Both the position numbers and the translations under genes were made by a program. From positions 1-64,000 of the forward strand of contig JAUCBJ010005141.1 of the NCBI GenBank assembly GCA_032718475.1: 64,000 bases of DNA, written 5' to 3'. The notes below the pieces were generated by a model. It did no database searches and had not been told where the DNA came from. It saw only the letters and a program-made list of their open reading frames with translations. This document shows positions 39,421-52,143 of this stretch, piece after piece. Source of the stretch: Nemertoderma westbladi. Its lineage: Eukaryota; Animalia; Xenacoelomorpha. Each line of letters starts with the position of its first letter. Position 1 is the stretch's first letter.

Positions 39421-42400
39421 ATAACAGTTATTGCTTCTTTATTGCAACGTAGGCAATAAAGGTAAAGTACCGGTCGACCGGTAACCAGTAGGCCTAACTA
39501 CCTAACCACCCGAACTGGTACTTACAGCAGTACAGGTACTAGTATTATTTCGATTGTGATATATTGTATATTGTAGGCTGTTAGGGGATTAGGGATTGAT
39601 CAACCCTTATTCCTTTGTATGGTTTACTTATTTCTGTCAGTTTTATTTATCTGTAGGTTAATATTGAACAGAAGGCATGTAAGCCTGCTCAGATTGTACA
39701 AGTAATTTGTAGGCTGGACTGTTGTCTGGCTGTTGTCAGGTCCGAAGAGATTGCAGTGTGTGTAGAGTGTATGTCCGATAAAGTACTAGTTAGGAATGTG
39801 GGGGCAGCCAGTGCTGTAAGGTAAATCCCCCCCGAAAGAATAAGTCTTACTACTCGGTTAGAACGCATACTAACTAACCATTTCGGAGTCTGCATATACT
39901 GTAGTTTATTTAGGCTTGATAGTAGTCTGCCAGCATTTGGTTTGTATTTTGTTTGTGTAGTCTGTACGGGTAGCGTAATATTTATTATTCAGAGTTTATG
40001 CGATTATTCGCAACATACATACCCCCAAGTTTATTCCTACAGTAATTGTGCTTGTTATATATACCGTTATAGTTAAATTAACCCCGGTACTACATCAGGG
40101 CTGTTTGGCGTAGGTAAAGACTGGTGATTTTATGCTCTGGTCACTCCGGCAGATACCGTGGTTCTTTTAGCTGTACAAGTATTTTTAACTGCTGGTTATT
40201 TGTTGTATAAGTACTTGTACCTAATTTAGGGTTTAGTGTATAGTGCTTTCCGAAGGTAATTAGTGTGTAGGCAGTATATTTGTGTTGTAAAGTGGTTAAT
40301 AGGCACGTTAGCTATAGTAGGCTGCGGTAATTAACTTCTAGGTAGGAACACTCTGTGTACATAACGTAGTACTTATAGCGCTACGGCTATAAGTTGTCAG
40401 ACGGTGGTATTTTTCCTATCTGGACAACGCAATATATTTACTACTGCTTTATTATTTTCAAATACCGTAGTATCCTGTCCGATTGTAATAACCAGAAATT
40501 CTAACTCCTTGTTAGGCTGGTTTGTAGGTTTCTTGTAAAATTAACCCTAAAAATTCGTACGTGTAATTTTTGTGTTTATTTAGAGATTGTAATCTCACCC
40601 CGCAATTGTACGTAATTTGTAGTAATAAGTAACTTAGGCAAGTAGAATTATTTGTTTTAGTGTCCAAAAAGTGGCACTTCACTGAGAGCGTACAGCTTCT
40701 GTTTAGTGACTCCTTCCCAGAAATAATAACATTTATTTCAAATATTGTAACAAAACCCATTAAACGGGTATATATATTATAAATCAACTCAAACCGATTT
40801 ATAAAATAGTAGGCCTGTCATACAACAATTAGGTCTTAATATCAGTTGGACTACTGCTTAAATAACGGTAATAAAGTAAAGTAAAGTAACTAAGTAACCC
40901 TAAAATTCAGAAATTAAATTATTCTAAAATAATTGACGTACCGGTATTTACAATAGGCTTATTATATTTATTTCTACAAATTTAAGCTGAAATTATATAC
41001 CGGTATTCTGTAATTAATTCTAGTCTATAATAATACTTATATATATATATTATAAGTGTATGTTGTATACCGGTATTTACGATAGGCTTATTATATTTAT
41101 TTCTATAAATTTATGCTAAAATTATATACCGGTATTCTGTGACAAACCCTGGTCTGTAATCATACTTATATATACTATAAGTGTATACCGGTATTCTAAT
41201 ATATTATATATATATCACGTTACACTGAGTAACGGTATCGGTAATTAATTACTAGGCTTATAGTTGATACTGAATTACTAGACTTGCTTAAACTGTCGTT
41301 ATAGTAGTAGGCATTCAACTGTACAATCCAACATGTCTGACACAAAACAAACACTGTCAGATAGTCTCTTAGAAAGTGTTAGAATGAGTATTAGACTTAG
41401 ACAGCGTATTAAAAGGATCTGTGACCAAGATCAAAGTATAGAACATCCCAGACCAAAGTCCAAGTCCCCTCCTACTGTGAGAAAGGTCATCCCCCCAGTA
41501 ATAGTATCAGACCCTAGGCTAGTAAAGCACCATAGGTCTATCATAGGCACTAGGGCTCAAGTTAAGCGGGACCAAGAAGCAGCTGCTAAACAGCAGCAAC
41601 ACCCGAGCCGAGAACTTATTTCTCAGCAGCCCGATAGCTTCAGTAGTTCAGATACTGTAGAGCTGACACCCGAGCGCGGAGCAAAGATGGCAGATGCGGT
41701 TTATTCGGATCCCCTTCTCATTCTTCCTGCAGCCGTACTCACTAGGGTATTGATTGCAGTGGAGGAACACCAAATCGATTGGGCAAGAAGTAAGCGATCG
41801 ACCAAGGACAGTTATGCGGGATACACAAGGGAGGAACTGAAGTCTATTGTCGAGTCGCAATGGAACTTCCCCGGACCCGGACTCCCGTTTAACTTATCGG
41901 AAGCTGCCTGGGAAGACTTACACAGGATGGGAGTGACAAAGGATACTAGTGATCCAGCTGTGTGGAAGAGGTCGGCAGCAGGATATGTACAGGGATTCTT
42001 CAGCTCTTTGGAGCGATTAGAGGAACAACTGTTTCGACAACCCCAAGGACCTCAAGAGCAGGGAGAGCTGCTTTATCAAGTTAGAGAAAGAATTCTAAGA
42101 ATCAGGCTAATCCTATCGGCCTTTGAGGAAGCTTCGAAAAGAAGACAAGACACGTCGTTGCAAGTTGCCGTAAAGACTTGGTTCCAGCGGGTGAGTCTCA
42201 AGGCTCAAGGAACAGCCCAGTGGAAATCTCAGCTGGCTGAGCGCTCAACCCATGGAGAATCAACAGACGCTACCTTTTCTCAAGTGGAAAGCGAAGCGAC
42301 AGCAGAGAAACCGCAGAAGAAGGGCGCTATTGACATCTATCTGTCAGACTATCAACGATTTCTAGGTGATGAAGAGTTGAGGAGAAGGCTGGCTGGACTT

Positions 42401-43780
42401 CGTCCTAATAGTGAAGGAGCCAAGTTTGTGTTGGACGCAATAGATGCGGAAATGTTAGCTGCGAACCAAGCTAAATTTGATGAAAGCATCCGCATCGCTA
42501 GGGTTCAAGAAGAACAAGTGAAGAAAAAACGTATAGAAGATAGAAAGACAGCAGCAGCGGCAGCGGCAGAGGCAGAAGCGGAAAGAAAGGCGGTCGAAGT
42601 GGAAAGAAAAGCGACAGAAGTGGAAAGAAAAGCGGCAGTGGCAGCGGCAGAAGCGGAAAGAAAGGCGGTCGAAGTGGAAAGAAAGGCAGTCGAAGTGGAA
42701 AGAAAAGCGGCCGAAGTGGAAAGAAAAGCAGCAGTGGCAGAAGCAGAACGGAGAGCATCTGAAGAGACAACCCAACTAGAGTTGGAAAATCTTCAAGAGA
42801 AGCAAGACAACTTCAATAAACAGTTAACAGCTAGTCAAATGCAGATGATGAGTCGATCTACTCCCAAAAGACAGGGATTTACATCATCTGATGAAGGCGA
42901 TACCACCGATCCTGAAGGCGGAGGAAATAGATCTCGTTCCAACAGACGTAGAAGAATGCCTCACCGTCAGAAATTGCCTGATTTGCCCCCAGCTGTGAGA
43001 AGGCAACTAACTAGCTAGCACAGACTTAGGTAGTACAGAACCCACAGACCAAATTATTAGATTAGAAAGACTCCCTACTATAGTAGATGAGCCTGAAATA
43101 ATTAAGCCTGTTCTCGAAGCCACCCCTTCGGTGACAGAAACACCTGTACTCCTAGAATCTACCTCTAAATTCCCTTTGCACAGCACTAAACTACCTGTGC
43201 CCAGCAGAACAACAACTGAGACGGTTCCTGTCCTGGACTCCGAGCGAAATATCAATGATTTGTCGCCCGTTGTCCCTCGTCCACCCGCTACTATGTTGGC
43301 GGCTCCCGCTTCGGCGGTAGAGTGGGTGGATGAGGGACGACGGGAGATGGGTCTCCTGCTCGGGCAGCTGAGGGAACACCGTTTGTGCTCCTCTCAGCAG
43401 GTCCGGGAGATGGAAGGGACTGTTCAGCAGTTAAAGGGTACAGTAAGGGAAAGTAGGTTAGAGTTGCAAGAAGTGCAGCAGAGTATCGCGTTAGAACGCG
43501 ATAAATTAGTAAATATCCAAAGGGGTATACCACCAACCCCGGTAACAATGTGTCAACCTGTTAGGTCTGAAGTATTTCATGCGCAAGGGTGGAGCCTACA
43601 CGCATCTATACTGCTAGTGAAGCAGAAACTCCTATAGTAAACCCTATTAAGGGTAATTATAAACCTGTTGACAATGATATTCCATATAGACCTGATCATA
43701 ATCCGAGAAATTTATATACCGATAACTCGATATTAAATAACACGATGGCCCAAGAAAGTTTTACGTGTCAAATGGCTAGA

Positions 43781-45260
43781 CTACTAGGATCGGCATGCTG
43801 CATTGCAGCTGCATTTTTAAGAATGCTGTGCCGGCTTGTCAACAAAATTGCACCGCCACAACTCCCTATCACCCATGACATTTGCTAGATCATCCGCATC
43901 TTCAAGGCCAGTGTCCTTTAAGATGCGTCTCAAGAAAGTCATGGGCTGTCCACCATGCTTATTTGCTCCATGAGGCTGTCAAAGTACAAGATTATGCACT
44001 GGCTGGTCCTCACGGCGAAAGCAATGTCCTGCAAAGCAGAGGCGATTTTGTTCTAGTGTCAAGCTTGGGGGAACCAATGAGACACCTCCAATGTTATATA
44101 GTGTCTGGTTGGAGATGTGTGCATTGTACTTGACACAATGAACCCGGCGTAGCATTCTTGTGAATGTGCCATCCAGAGATTGGGTGTCCTCAGCAGTTAA
44201 AGCCCAGCATGGACTCCCGTAGAGGAGTACTGGAACTACTGCTGCTCTAAATAATCGGACCTTAAGTTTCCGATTAATTCGCGGTGACTTCCAAATCCTG
44301 GAAAGCCTATTCAAGGCTGCCCATGCCTTTCCCTTACGTATTCGAAGGTCCTCACCTGACTTCTGGATCCATGATCCCAGGTAACAGAAGTCGTCCACAT
44401 GCTCAAGCATACCATCCTTTGAGCTTATGCTCATCAGATCAGAGACTTGCTGAGGACTTTCAAAATTAACTGTCAGAATTTTGGTCTTTCTGGAGTTAAT
44501 AAAAAGACCAACACTAGAAGCAGCATGTTCTAATGAGCTGAGGAGCCGTTGGGCTCCCTCTAATGATTCTGAGAGTACTCCTAAGTCATCAGCAAAGTCT
44601 AGATCAGTTAGGTACTTGGCAGGATTTCCTCGAATTCTGGAGCCAGTAGGTGGAGTTATCATCACCCCATCATCATTATGATGATCTAAGGACATGCGTA
44701 GAACATAGTCAACCACAATAATGAACAAGAATGGTGCAAGTGTGTCTCCTTGGAGGACGCCCCATAACACTTCAAATGGTTCTGTGTCACCGTCAACAGT
44801 AGACACAAATGTTGTCGAACCATCGTATACTGATCTGATTGCTGCAATAATTTCATCAGGAATCCCATATAATGAAAGTATGCTGAACATACGTGAGTGA
44901 GAGACTGAATCAAAGGCCTTGAAGAAGTCAACAAAGATAACAGCCAGATGCCTGTCTTTCTTTTTTGATAATTCTTCAATTATCCTTTTAAGTGCCAAAA
45001 TGGGCTCCATGGTCCCACGACCTTTACGGAACCCATTCTGATTTCCACGGAGCAGTCTCTCAATGGGATCCCTGATGCGATTTAATAGAATCCTGTTGTA
45101 TAGCTTTGCAGCAATCGAGATCAATGAGATTCCCCGAAAAGAACCATAGAGTGTTAGGTTGCCCTTCTTGGGAACTGGCACCAACTTATTTGTTTTCATT
45201 TCTTGTGGGACTCTTGTTGTTCGGTACATGTCTACTATGATGGAATAGATGAGCTGGGAT
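43781..45260 (-). mobile_element. 5'-truncated RTE-clade LINE inserted antisense into gag of copy A
   Basis: Flanked by AAATGGCTAGA (43770-43780) and AAATGGCTGGA (45261-45271), an 11-bp TSD with one mismatch; the empty site CAAATGGCTAGAACCGAAGCC is present in copies B and C; 3' tail TAGTAG. Confidence 0.93.
43817..45260 (-). pseudogene. RTE-type reverse transcriptase domain (no endonuclease; premature TGA at 43979-43981, natural stop at 43817-43819)
   Basis: Motifs PKKG..FRGISL, QNGFRKGR, FVDFFKAFDSV, GVLQGDTLAPFLF, DFADD, YLGS, and the RTE-type C-terminal VLLYGS.CW...LDGTFTRMLRR. Confidence 0.92.
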
Positions 45261-48200
45261 AAATGGCTGGAACCGAAGCCCGTCAAGCGGTAAAGGTGGG
45301 AGAGATCGTCAAGTTCAATGGAGATGAGATGAAATGGTTACCTTTTAATGAATATTACAAAGATAACATCTGAACTCTGTGCTATCTAACGGAGAGAAAC
45401 TTAGATTCCTCATCGAGTGCTTGGAAGGATCTCCCAAGTTAATGGCTTTAAAGTTTATTGGACATCCAGATGGATTAAGACAAGTTTGGGATACGCTAAA
45501 CATCAGGTATGGTAATAGGAATAACATAGCTAGGTATTTGTATGCAAAATTGGTAGCGCCCCGAAAGTTCATTAGCAGCGGGATTATAGAGTTTTCCGAT
45601 GAGATTCAGGAGATCTGTAGACAATTAGATTGGCTAGGTAAGTCTCATGAATACCAGAATTCTATGGTTGTAGGAGCCTTAGCATCTACTTTGCCCAAGG
45701 GTGGAGTAGGTACACACTGGGACAAGAAAGTGTTATATATGATGGAACAACAACGAAGAGACCCTACCATGGCTGATCTCATGTCATTCTTAGATGGAGA
45801 GGTAAATTTACAGCTCCTAAAGCAGTCCAGAGAGAAGACACCGGAAAATAAGGTAAGTGAGAAACCCAAAATGTGTGCTGTGCGACGGGCCCCACCGTTT
45901 AAGTGCGTGTGATGAATTCCTGAGGAAATCACTAAAGGATAGACGTGAAGTCATGTGGGATAAGCGGTTGTGTTATAATTGCCTCAGACAAAGACACCAA
46001 CGGCGAACCTGTTACTCCGACGCAAGGTGTGCTAAGTGCGGCGCGAAACATCATATCTTGTTGTACACTGAATTCGAAAGAAACAGCCCGAGTCAGGTAA
46101 GTGAGCCCGAACTACATGTCCAATTCAGTGATGTGAACGACACTGACCACAGTTCTGAGATGGAAGGATTCTACACGGATGAATTCTCCGACGAAAACGA
46201 ATCCTGTTATCTAATAAACACCGCAGTGTATCGAGCACTTACGTATGAGACTGAAACCGATAGTGGGCTCCCCCTAACTGTTCCTGACCGACAACCATCT
46301 TGGAAAGCGCCAACTTCCAACGTAGGGATCCGAGAATTTCCCGTAGTGCAGTTGAGAGTCCACGGGTTAAAAGGGAGCTATATAGTGAACGCCCTCCTTG
46401 ACTCCGGCAGCACAGGAACATTCATCGACAAAGAACTAGCCGAAGACATCTTTGTTGGACAACCCAAGTTCCGAACTAAGTTGAACCTTTCAGGAATTAT
46501 GCAGGTTTGGAAATCTACAGTAGCTACAGACTACAGACTAGGAGAACACAGTATAAGGTCAGTAAAAATGGTGGCAATAAAGAACTTTGCTACCAGCCAA
46601 GTGGAACCTTATAACTGGGATGTAGACGATTTCACCCAGCAGCATGAGATACCTAGATTCAACACCGACTACCCAGGGATACAGATACTCATCGGCCAAA
46701 ATGCGCATGAGGCGCTTGAGACATTAGAGAAACGGCCTGCTCGACCGTAACCAGTGCAAACCTATGCGGGAAGAACAAGAGTAGGTTGGTACCTCACTGG
46801 ACCTTCCCGTAGGACACTCATGGAAAGGCTACCCAAAGATCGGGTCCATCAGGAGAGTGAATGGGAAGAAGACATCAGTGAGGGAGAGACGACCACAACT
46901 GAGGGAACACCATACTCCTCAGATAATGACGACATTAACTCTAATGTAGATCAATGGAGACATTGCCCCAAGACGATTAATCTAGCCGACATCGCTTCCA
47001 GAGGAGCAACTCCTCAAGAACTGACAGATACTCCATACTGGTTAGGTAGTTATATTATATATAACCGCCTTCCTAAGTAAAGAAGATGAATGGTCTCCCC
47101 ATCTTACCACGTCTGAGATGAGACAAGCCAAGGGAGCGGAGAAAGTCAAACCTAAAACCCGGACGAGTAAATCAAGGTTATTTAAACCCGTGCTAGATCT
47201 GTCTGTACTGCACATTTCCAGGGACGACGCTGTGGATCTAAACTCCCCCACCGCGAACCGATCTGTTGTGGAGATCAGAGAGAGAGACTGGAGATCTGGA
47301 ACACCAGACGTCTCGCCGGGACTCTCACCTCTCCTGCCGGGAGCGATGGACCACTATAGATCCTGGAATCGGCTTTGTAAGGCCGTCGTGTATTTGAAGC
47401 GATGTTTCTATCGTCACTATTCCAGGACGAAGAGGAAACCTGGAATTGTATTCGAAACACAACAACTCAATCTCCCAGTTGGTCGTTTATGTTTACTGGA
47501 AAGAGACCGAGAACTGTCCGGAAACTATGGAAGGCAAGATACTCTTCCTACGACCACCTCCCTAATCCAACAAACATCTAGGAACTCCCCAACGTAACAG
47601 CGTCTGGAGTGGGTGTGTGACTATATTATTTTATATTTGTTTTTATTATTTTATATTTATGTATGTATTATTATGTAATTTTATTATAATCGTTTTCTTT
47701 AATTTTATTTAGTAGAATGTTATTTTAGCGATTATTTAGTAGATTAGTGCAATATATATTAGTCTTATTACTTAATTACTTATATATTATATATTTAGTG
47801 CGACGGCGAGAAATAATTCTTTTTCTCTTTCCTTACTGTCCGTATCATATTATAAATACGTGACTACAGTAAGATGAAATATCCGTACTTATTAAAGTAC
47901 AATAAAGCTCCTACTATATTTAAGTATTATTGGTAAGTAGAGTATTAGGAATGCAAAATTCAGATCCTCGTGTCTCGGCTAAACCAAGCTCTGGGTAGAC
48001 CTTGGAAACGACTTGCCTCTTCTCACTGACATTGCTTCTTGCGATATTGCTCTCATACCGTATATTAAATAATACATATAGTAGCATGATGTCCCTTTAA
48101 CAGTAGCGTAAAACGCAAAATAAATCTGTTAAACCCTTTGACCATCTGTAATTCTAGTCGATTAAGATATCGCGGCACCCACCGATATACTTAAAAGACA

Positions 48201-48707
48201 AAATTCTAGAATCAATGGTTAACGTCCCCAGACATGTTCTGGAATAAACCGGTGCCCATCTTAAATATTAACTATTAATATTTATAAAATCTGTCAAACA
48301 AATACAATAGAGTAACTACTTACAAGTTAACACTAGAAAATCTATAAATTAAAATCTGTCAAAATTTAGATCCTTTAAAATTCTAGTCAATTAAGATATC
48401 GTAGCACTTACCGATACTCTTAAAAGGACAAATTTCCTAGAATCAAGGATCCCAGTCCCCAGATATGTTCTGGAATAAAATTGTGTCTATTTTAATGATA
48501 AATAATAAAATTTACGGGAATAAATTTAAATTCATCTTTTTAATGAATTTGATAAATTGTCATTTTTATACAATTTATAACATTCCCAAAATTCCATTAA
48601 TTAATAGATCATGGGAGCGGAGATTCACCCTATTAAGTGTATTAGTGTGCGAGAATCTCCAATATATAGTCAATAGCCGATAAAATTCATAAAATCATGT
48701 ATAAGGG

Positions 48708-49911
48708 TGTAAAAGCTTTTGCTGAATTGTCCGGTTATTTTTCCTTATTTTTCCCGTAAAATACTCTGTAGTTGGTTTACCAGGCACAAAAAGGCCGTGT
48801 CCTTGCTGTACTGGTGTTTTAGCGGACATAAAAGCTATTTCTTCTGTATTTGTACTTTAGAGGACATAATCCGTAATTCCGTGACGTAAAAGCTCGATAC
48901 TCTTGAAAACAGTGTCGCTACCATGACGACGGCTAGCAGCTGATATTGCCACGTCGACGTTTCTTTGTCTCTTTGTTCTCTCGTTGTTCAGGTTGACCAA
49001 TGAGAGCGTTTGTTGTCTCTGTGTTAGAGGTGTATACAGAAACTCAGTAGTTCAGTGTTATGTTTTGCCCAGAGCCTAAGAACCGGCTTTTGGCACCTCC
49101 GTGTTTTCAGTTTTTAGTCTTACACTAGTAGGTTTAATTATAAGGACATATATCCTTTAACCTAACGACTACTGCTAACTGATCATACATACTGACTTCT
49201 GAAACATTGCAAACTCATAACAATCAGTGTTTTCATTGTTGTTTTATACTGCTATTTACTGTCAGTTCTTCATAATATGGTTGATGAATTATTATATTTG
49301 GAATAATGATAAATAACCCCGAAACCCAATATTCTTGATATACCGAAGGTAAGAGAGAAAGGTTACCAATAACGATTGTGACTTATGTTAAAGTGGTTTG
49401 AAGTGAATCTAATGTTATTTGATAGACCCTACATGAGTCAGTCTGTGTTCCTTTTATATGTGACTAAAATCAGTGAAGATTGGCAGATTAGTGTGCAGTA
49501 TTGTGCAGCATTGTGTATGAGCGAGTCTGTTAAAGAAGCAATTCCTAAAGAATGCGCCATATATGTGAATTATAATTGAGCCATATCGTTGTGAGTAGTT
49601 TAAGTCATAACTCTGTTTATATAGATAAAGCGCCACGTCCTAAAGGAACTGTTAATATTCCCGAAGGTGAATAATATTGTCAGAGATTATATAATACTGT
49701 CAGTCGAATAATACATTAGGCTTACATAGCAATAAAATTAAACCGTCGAACCCAATCTCCCGGGAATATCCAGCGGGTGAATGATCGCGCACAGATTGGT
49801 TTCGACTAGTGTAGTGAATCAAATACTTGTCATAGACTAAAAACCGATTTAATATCTAGAAGACATCTTAATTTGGTGGGTTAAACTGCCAAAGGTCTGA
49901 ATGCGCGAACA
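48708..49911 (+). repeat. 5' LTR of copy B
   Basis: TGTAAAAGC...CGCGAACA; near-identical to 59635-60838. Confidence 0.96.
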
Positions 49912-50255
49912 ATAACGGATATTTAGTCTGTATTGCAGTGTAGGCATTAAATACAGTTTAATATTGTTCTGGTAAGAACAATAACGGATATTGCTTCTTT
50001 ATTGCAGTAAGCAATAAAGTCGAAAGTACCGGTCGACCGGTAACCAGTAGGCCTGACTGCCTGATCATCCGGACCGGTACCTACAGCAGTATTATTCGAT
50101 TTTGATTATTATATACCAGTAGGCCTTAATAATTAATCAGGGACTGCAGCCCTGGTTTTTTATTGAGATTTTTACTTATTTCTGTCAAGTTTTATTTATT
50201 TGTAGGCCAGTATTGAACAGAAGGCGTGTAAGCCTGATCATATTGTACAGACAAG

Positions 50256-50815
50256 TTGTAGGCTGAGCTGTTGTCTGATTGCTGTTAAGTCTGAACGGAT
50301 TGCAGTGTGTGTAGGTCACCTGTCCGAGAAAGAACGGTTGGGAAGTAGGGGTAGCCATTGCTGTAAAGTAAACCCCCAATTAAAGAATAAGTCGTACTAC
50401 TGGGTTAGAACGCATACTCCCTAATCATTTCGGAGTCTGCATGTCCTGTAGTTTATTTAGGCTTGAGAGTAGTCTGCCATCGTTGAGTCTGTACTTTGTT
50501 TGTGTAAGTCTGTACGGGTAGCGTATAATATTTATTTAGATAATTTGTAGGCTGGATAGTTGTCTGGCTGTTATTAAGTCTGAACGGATTGCAGCGTGTG
50601 TAGATCACTTGTCCGATAAAGAACGGTTAGGAAGTAGGGGCAGCGAATGCTGTAAGGTAAACCCCCGACTAAAGAATAAGTCGTACTACTGGGTTAGAAC
50701 GCATACTACCTAATCATTTCGGAGTCTGCATGTACTGTAGTTTATTTAGGCTTGATAGTAGTCTGTCAGTGTTTGGTCTGCATTTTGTTTGAGTGGTTTG
50801 TACGCGTAGCGTAAT
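50256..50815 (+). repeat. Diverged ~290-bp tandem duplication in the leader of copy B
   Basis: TTGTAGGCTG...AAGTCTGAACGGATTGCAG...GGTTAGAACGCATACT occurs at ~50256 and ~50545; single copy in copy A (~39707). Confidence 0.85.
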
Positions 50816-52143
50816 ATTTATTATTCAGAGTTTATGCGATTATTCGCAACATTCATTCCCCAAGTTTGTTCCTACAGTAATTGTGTTTGTTATACATACC
50901 GCTATAGTTAAATTAACCCTGGTACTACACGGGCTGCTTGGCGTAGGTAAAGACTGGTGATTTTGTGCATCGGTCACTCCAGCAGATGCCGTGGTTCTTT
51001 TAGCTGTTCAAGTATATTTAACTACAGATTATATGTTATACAAGTACTCGTACCTAATTTAGGGTTTAGTGTACAGTGCTTTCCGAAAGTAATTAGTGTA
51101 GGCATTATATTTGTGTTGTAAAGTGGTTGATAGGCACGTTCGATTAGCTCTATTAACTTCTAGGTAGGAACACTCCGTGATACATAACGTAGAACCTATA
51201 GCGATACGGCTATAGGTCGTCAGGCGGTGGTATTTTCCTATCTGGACAACGCAGTGTATTTACTACTACTTATTATTTTCAAATACCGCAGTACCCTGTC
51301 CGTTGTAATAACCAGATTTCTAACCCTTTGTTAGGCTGGTTTGTAGACTTCTTGTAAAATTACCCTGAAATTTCGTATTTTGTGTTTTTGTAAATTTTTG
51401 TGTTTATTTAGAGATTGTAATCTCACCCGAATTGTACGTAATTTGTAGTATTAAGTAACTTAGGTAAATTAGAATTATTTGTTTTAGTGTCCTATAAGTA
51501 ACACTTCACTGAAAGCGCACCGCTTTGTGTAGTGATTACTCCCCAGAAATAATAACATTTATTTCAACATTGACAAAACCCATTAAAACGGGTATATATA
51601 TATTATAAATCAACTCAAACGATTTATAAATAGTAGGCCTGCCATACAACAATTAGGTCTCAATATCAGTTGGACTACTGCTCAAATAACAGTAATAAAG
51701 TAAGTTAAAGTAACCAAGTAACCCTTAAAATTCAGAAATTCGATTATTTAAAATAATTGACATACCGGTATTACAATAGGCTTATTATATTTATTTCTAT
51801 AAATTTTAGGTTGAAATCATACCGGTACTCTGTAATTAATTCTAGTCTGTAATTATACTTATATATATACACTATAAGTGTAAACTGCATACCGGTATTC
51901 ACGATAGGCCTATTATATATTTATATATATTTGTGCTAAAATTATATACCGGTTTCGGTGATAAACCTAGTCTGTAATAATAGTTATATACTATAAGCAT
52001 ACCGGTATTCTAATATATTATATATATCACGATACACTGAGTAGCAGTACCGGTAATTAATTACTAGGCTAGCAGTTAATACTGAATTACTAGACTTGCT
52101 TAGACTGTAATATAGCAGTAGGCATCCAACTGTACAAACAAAC

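Larger units (their letters stand above)
41333..47597 (+). pseudogene. Disrupted BEL/Pao gag-protease polyprotein of copy A
   Basis: ORF pieces 41333-43018, 43131-, 43589-, 45379-, 45857-, 46754- and 47118-47597 are consecutive homologues of the 1492-aa ORF of copy B; frameshifts (~43012, ~43588, ~45370, ~45870), stops (46748, 47078) and a LINE insertion. Confidence 0.92.

Noticed and set aside
42455-42775. Antisense Cys/Phe/Arg- and Leu/Pro-rich ORFs (also 52726-53004, 62027-62281)
   Set aside because: Mirror of the purine-rich Gag repeat; low complexity.
43979-45286. RT ORF as the missing pol of the LTR element
   Set aside because: It is a non-LTR RTE RT, antisense, flanked by its own TSD and absent from copies B and C; its apparent start codon lies in flanking gag sequence.
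49385-49636. Small ORFs repeated at 38920, 49385 and 60312
   Set aside because: They lie within LTRs, so repetition reflects LTR duplication; no evidence of coding constraint.
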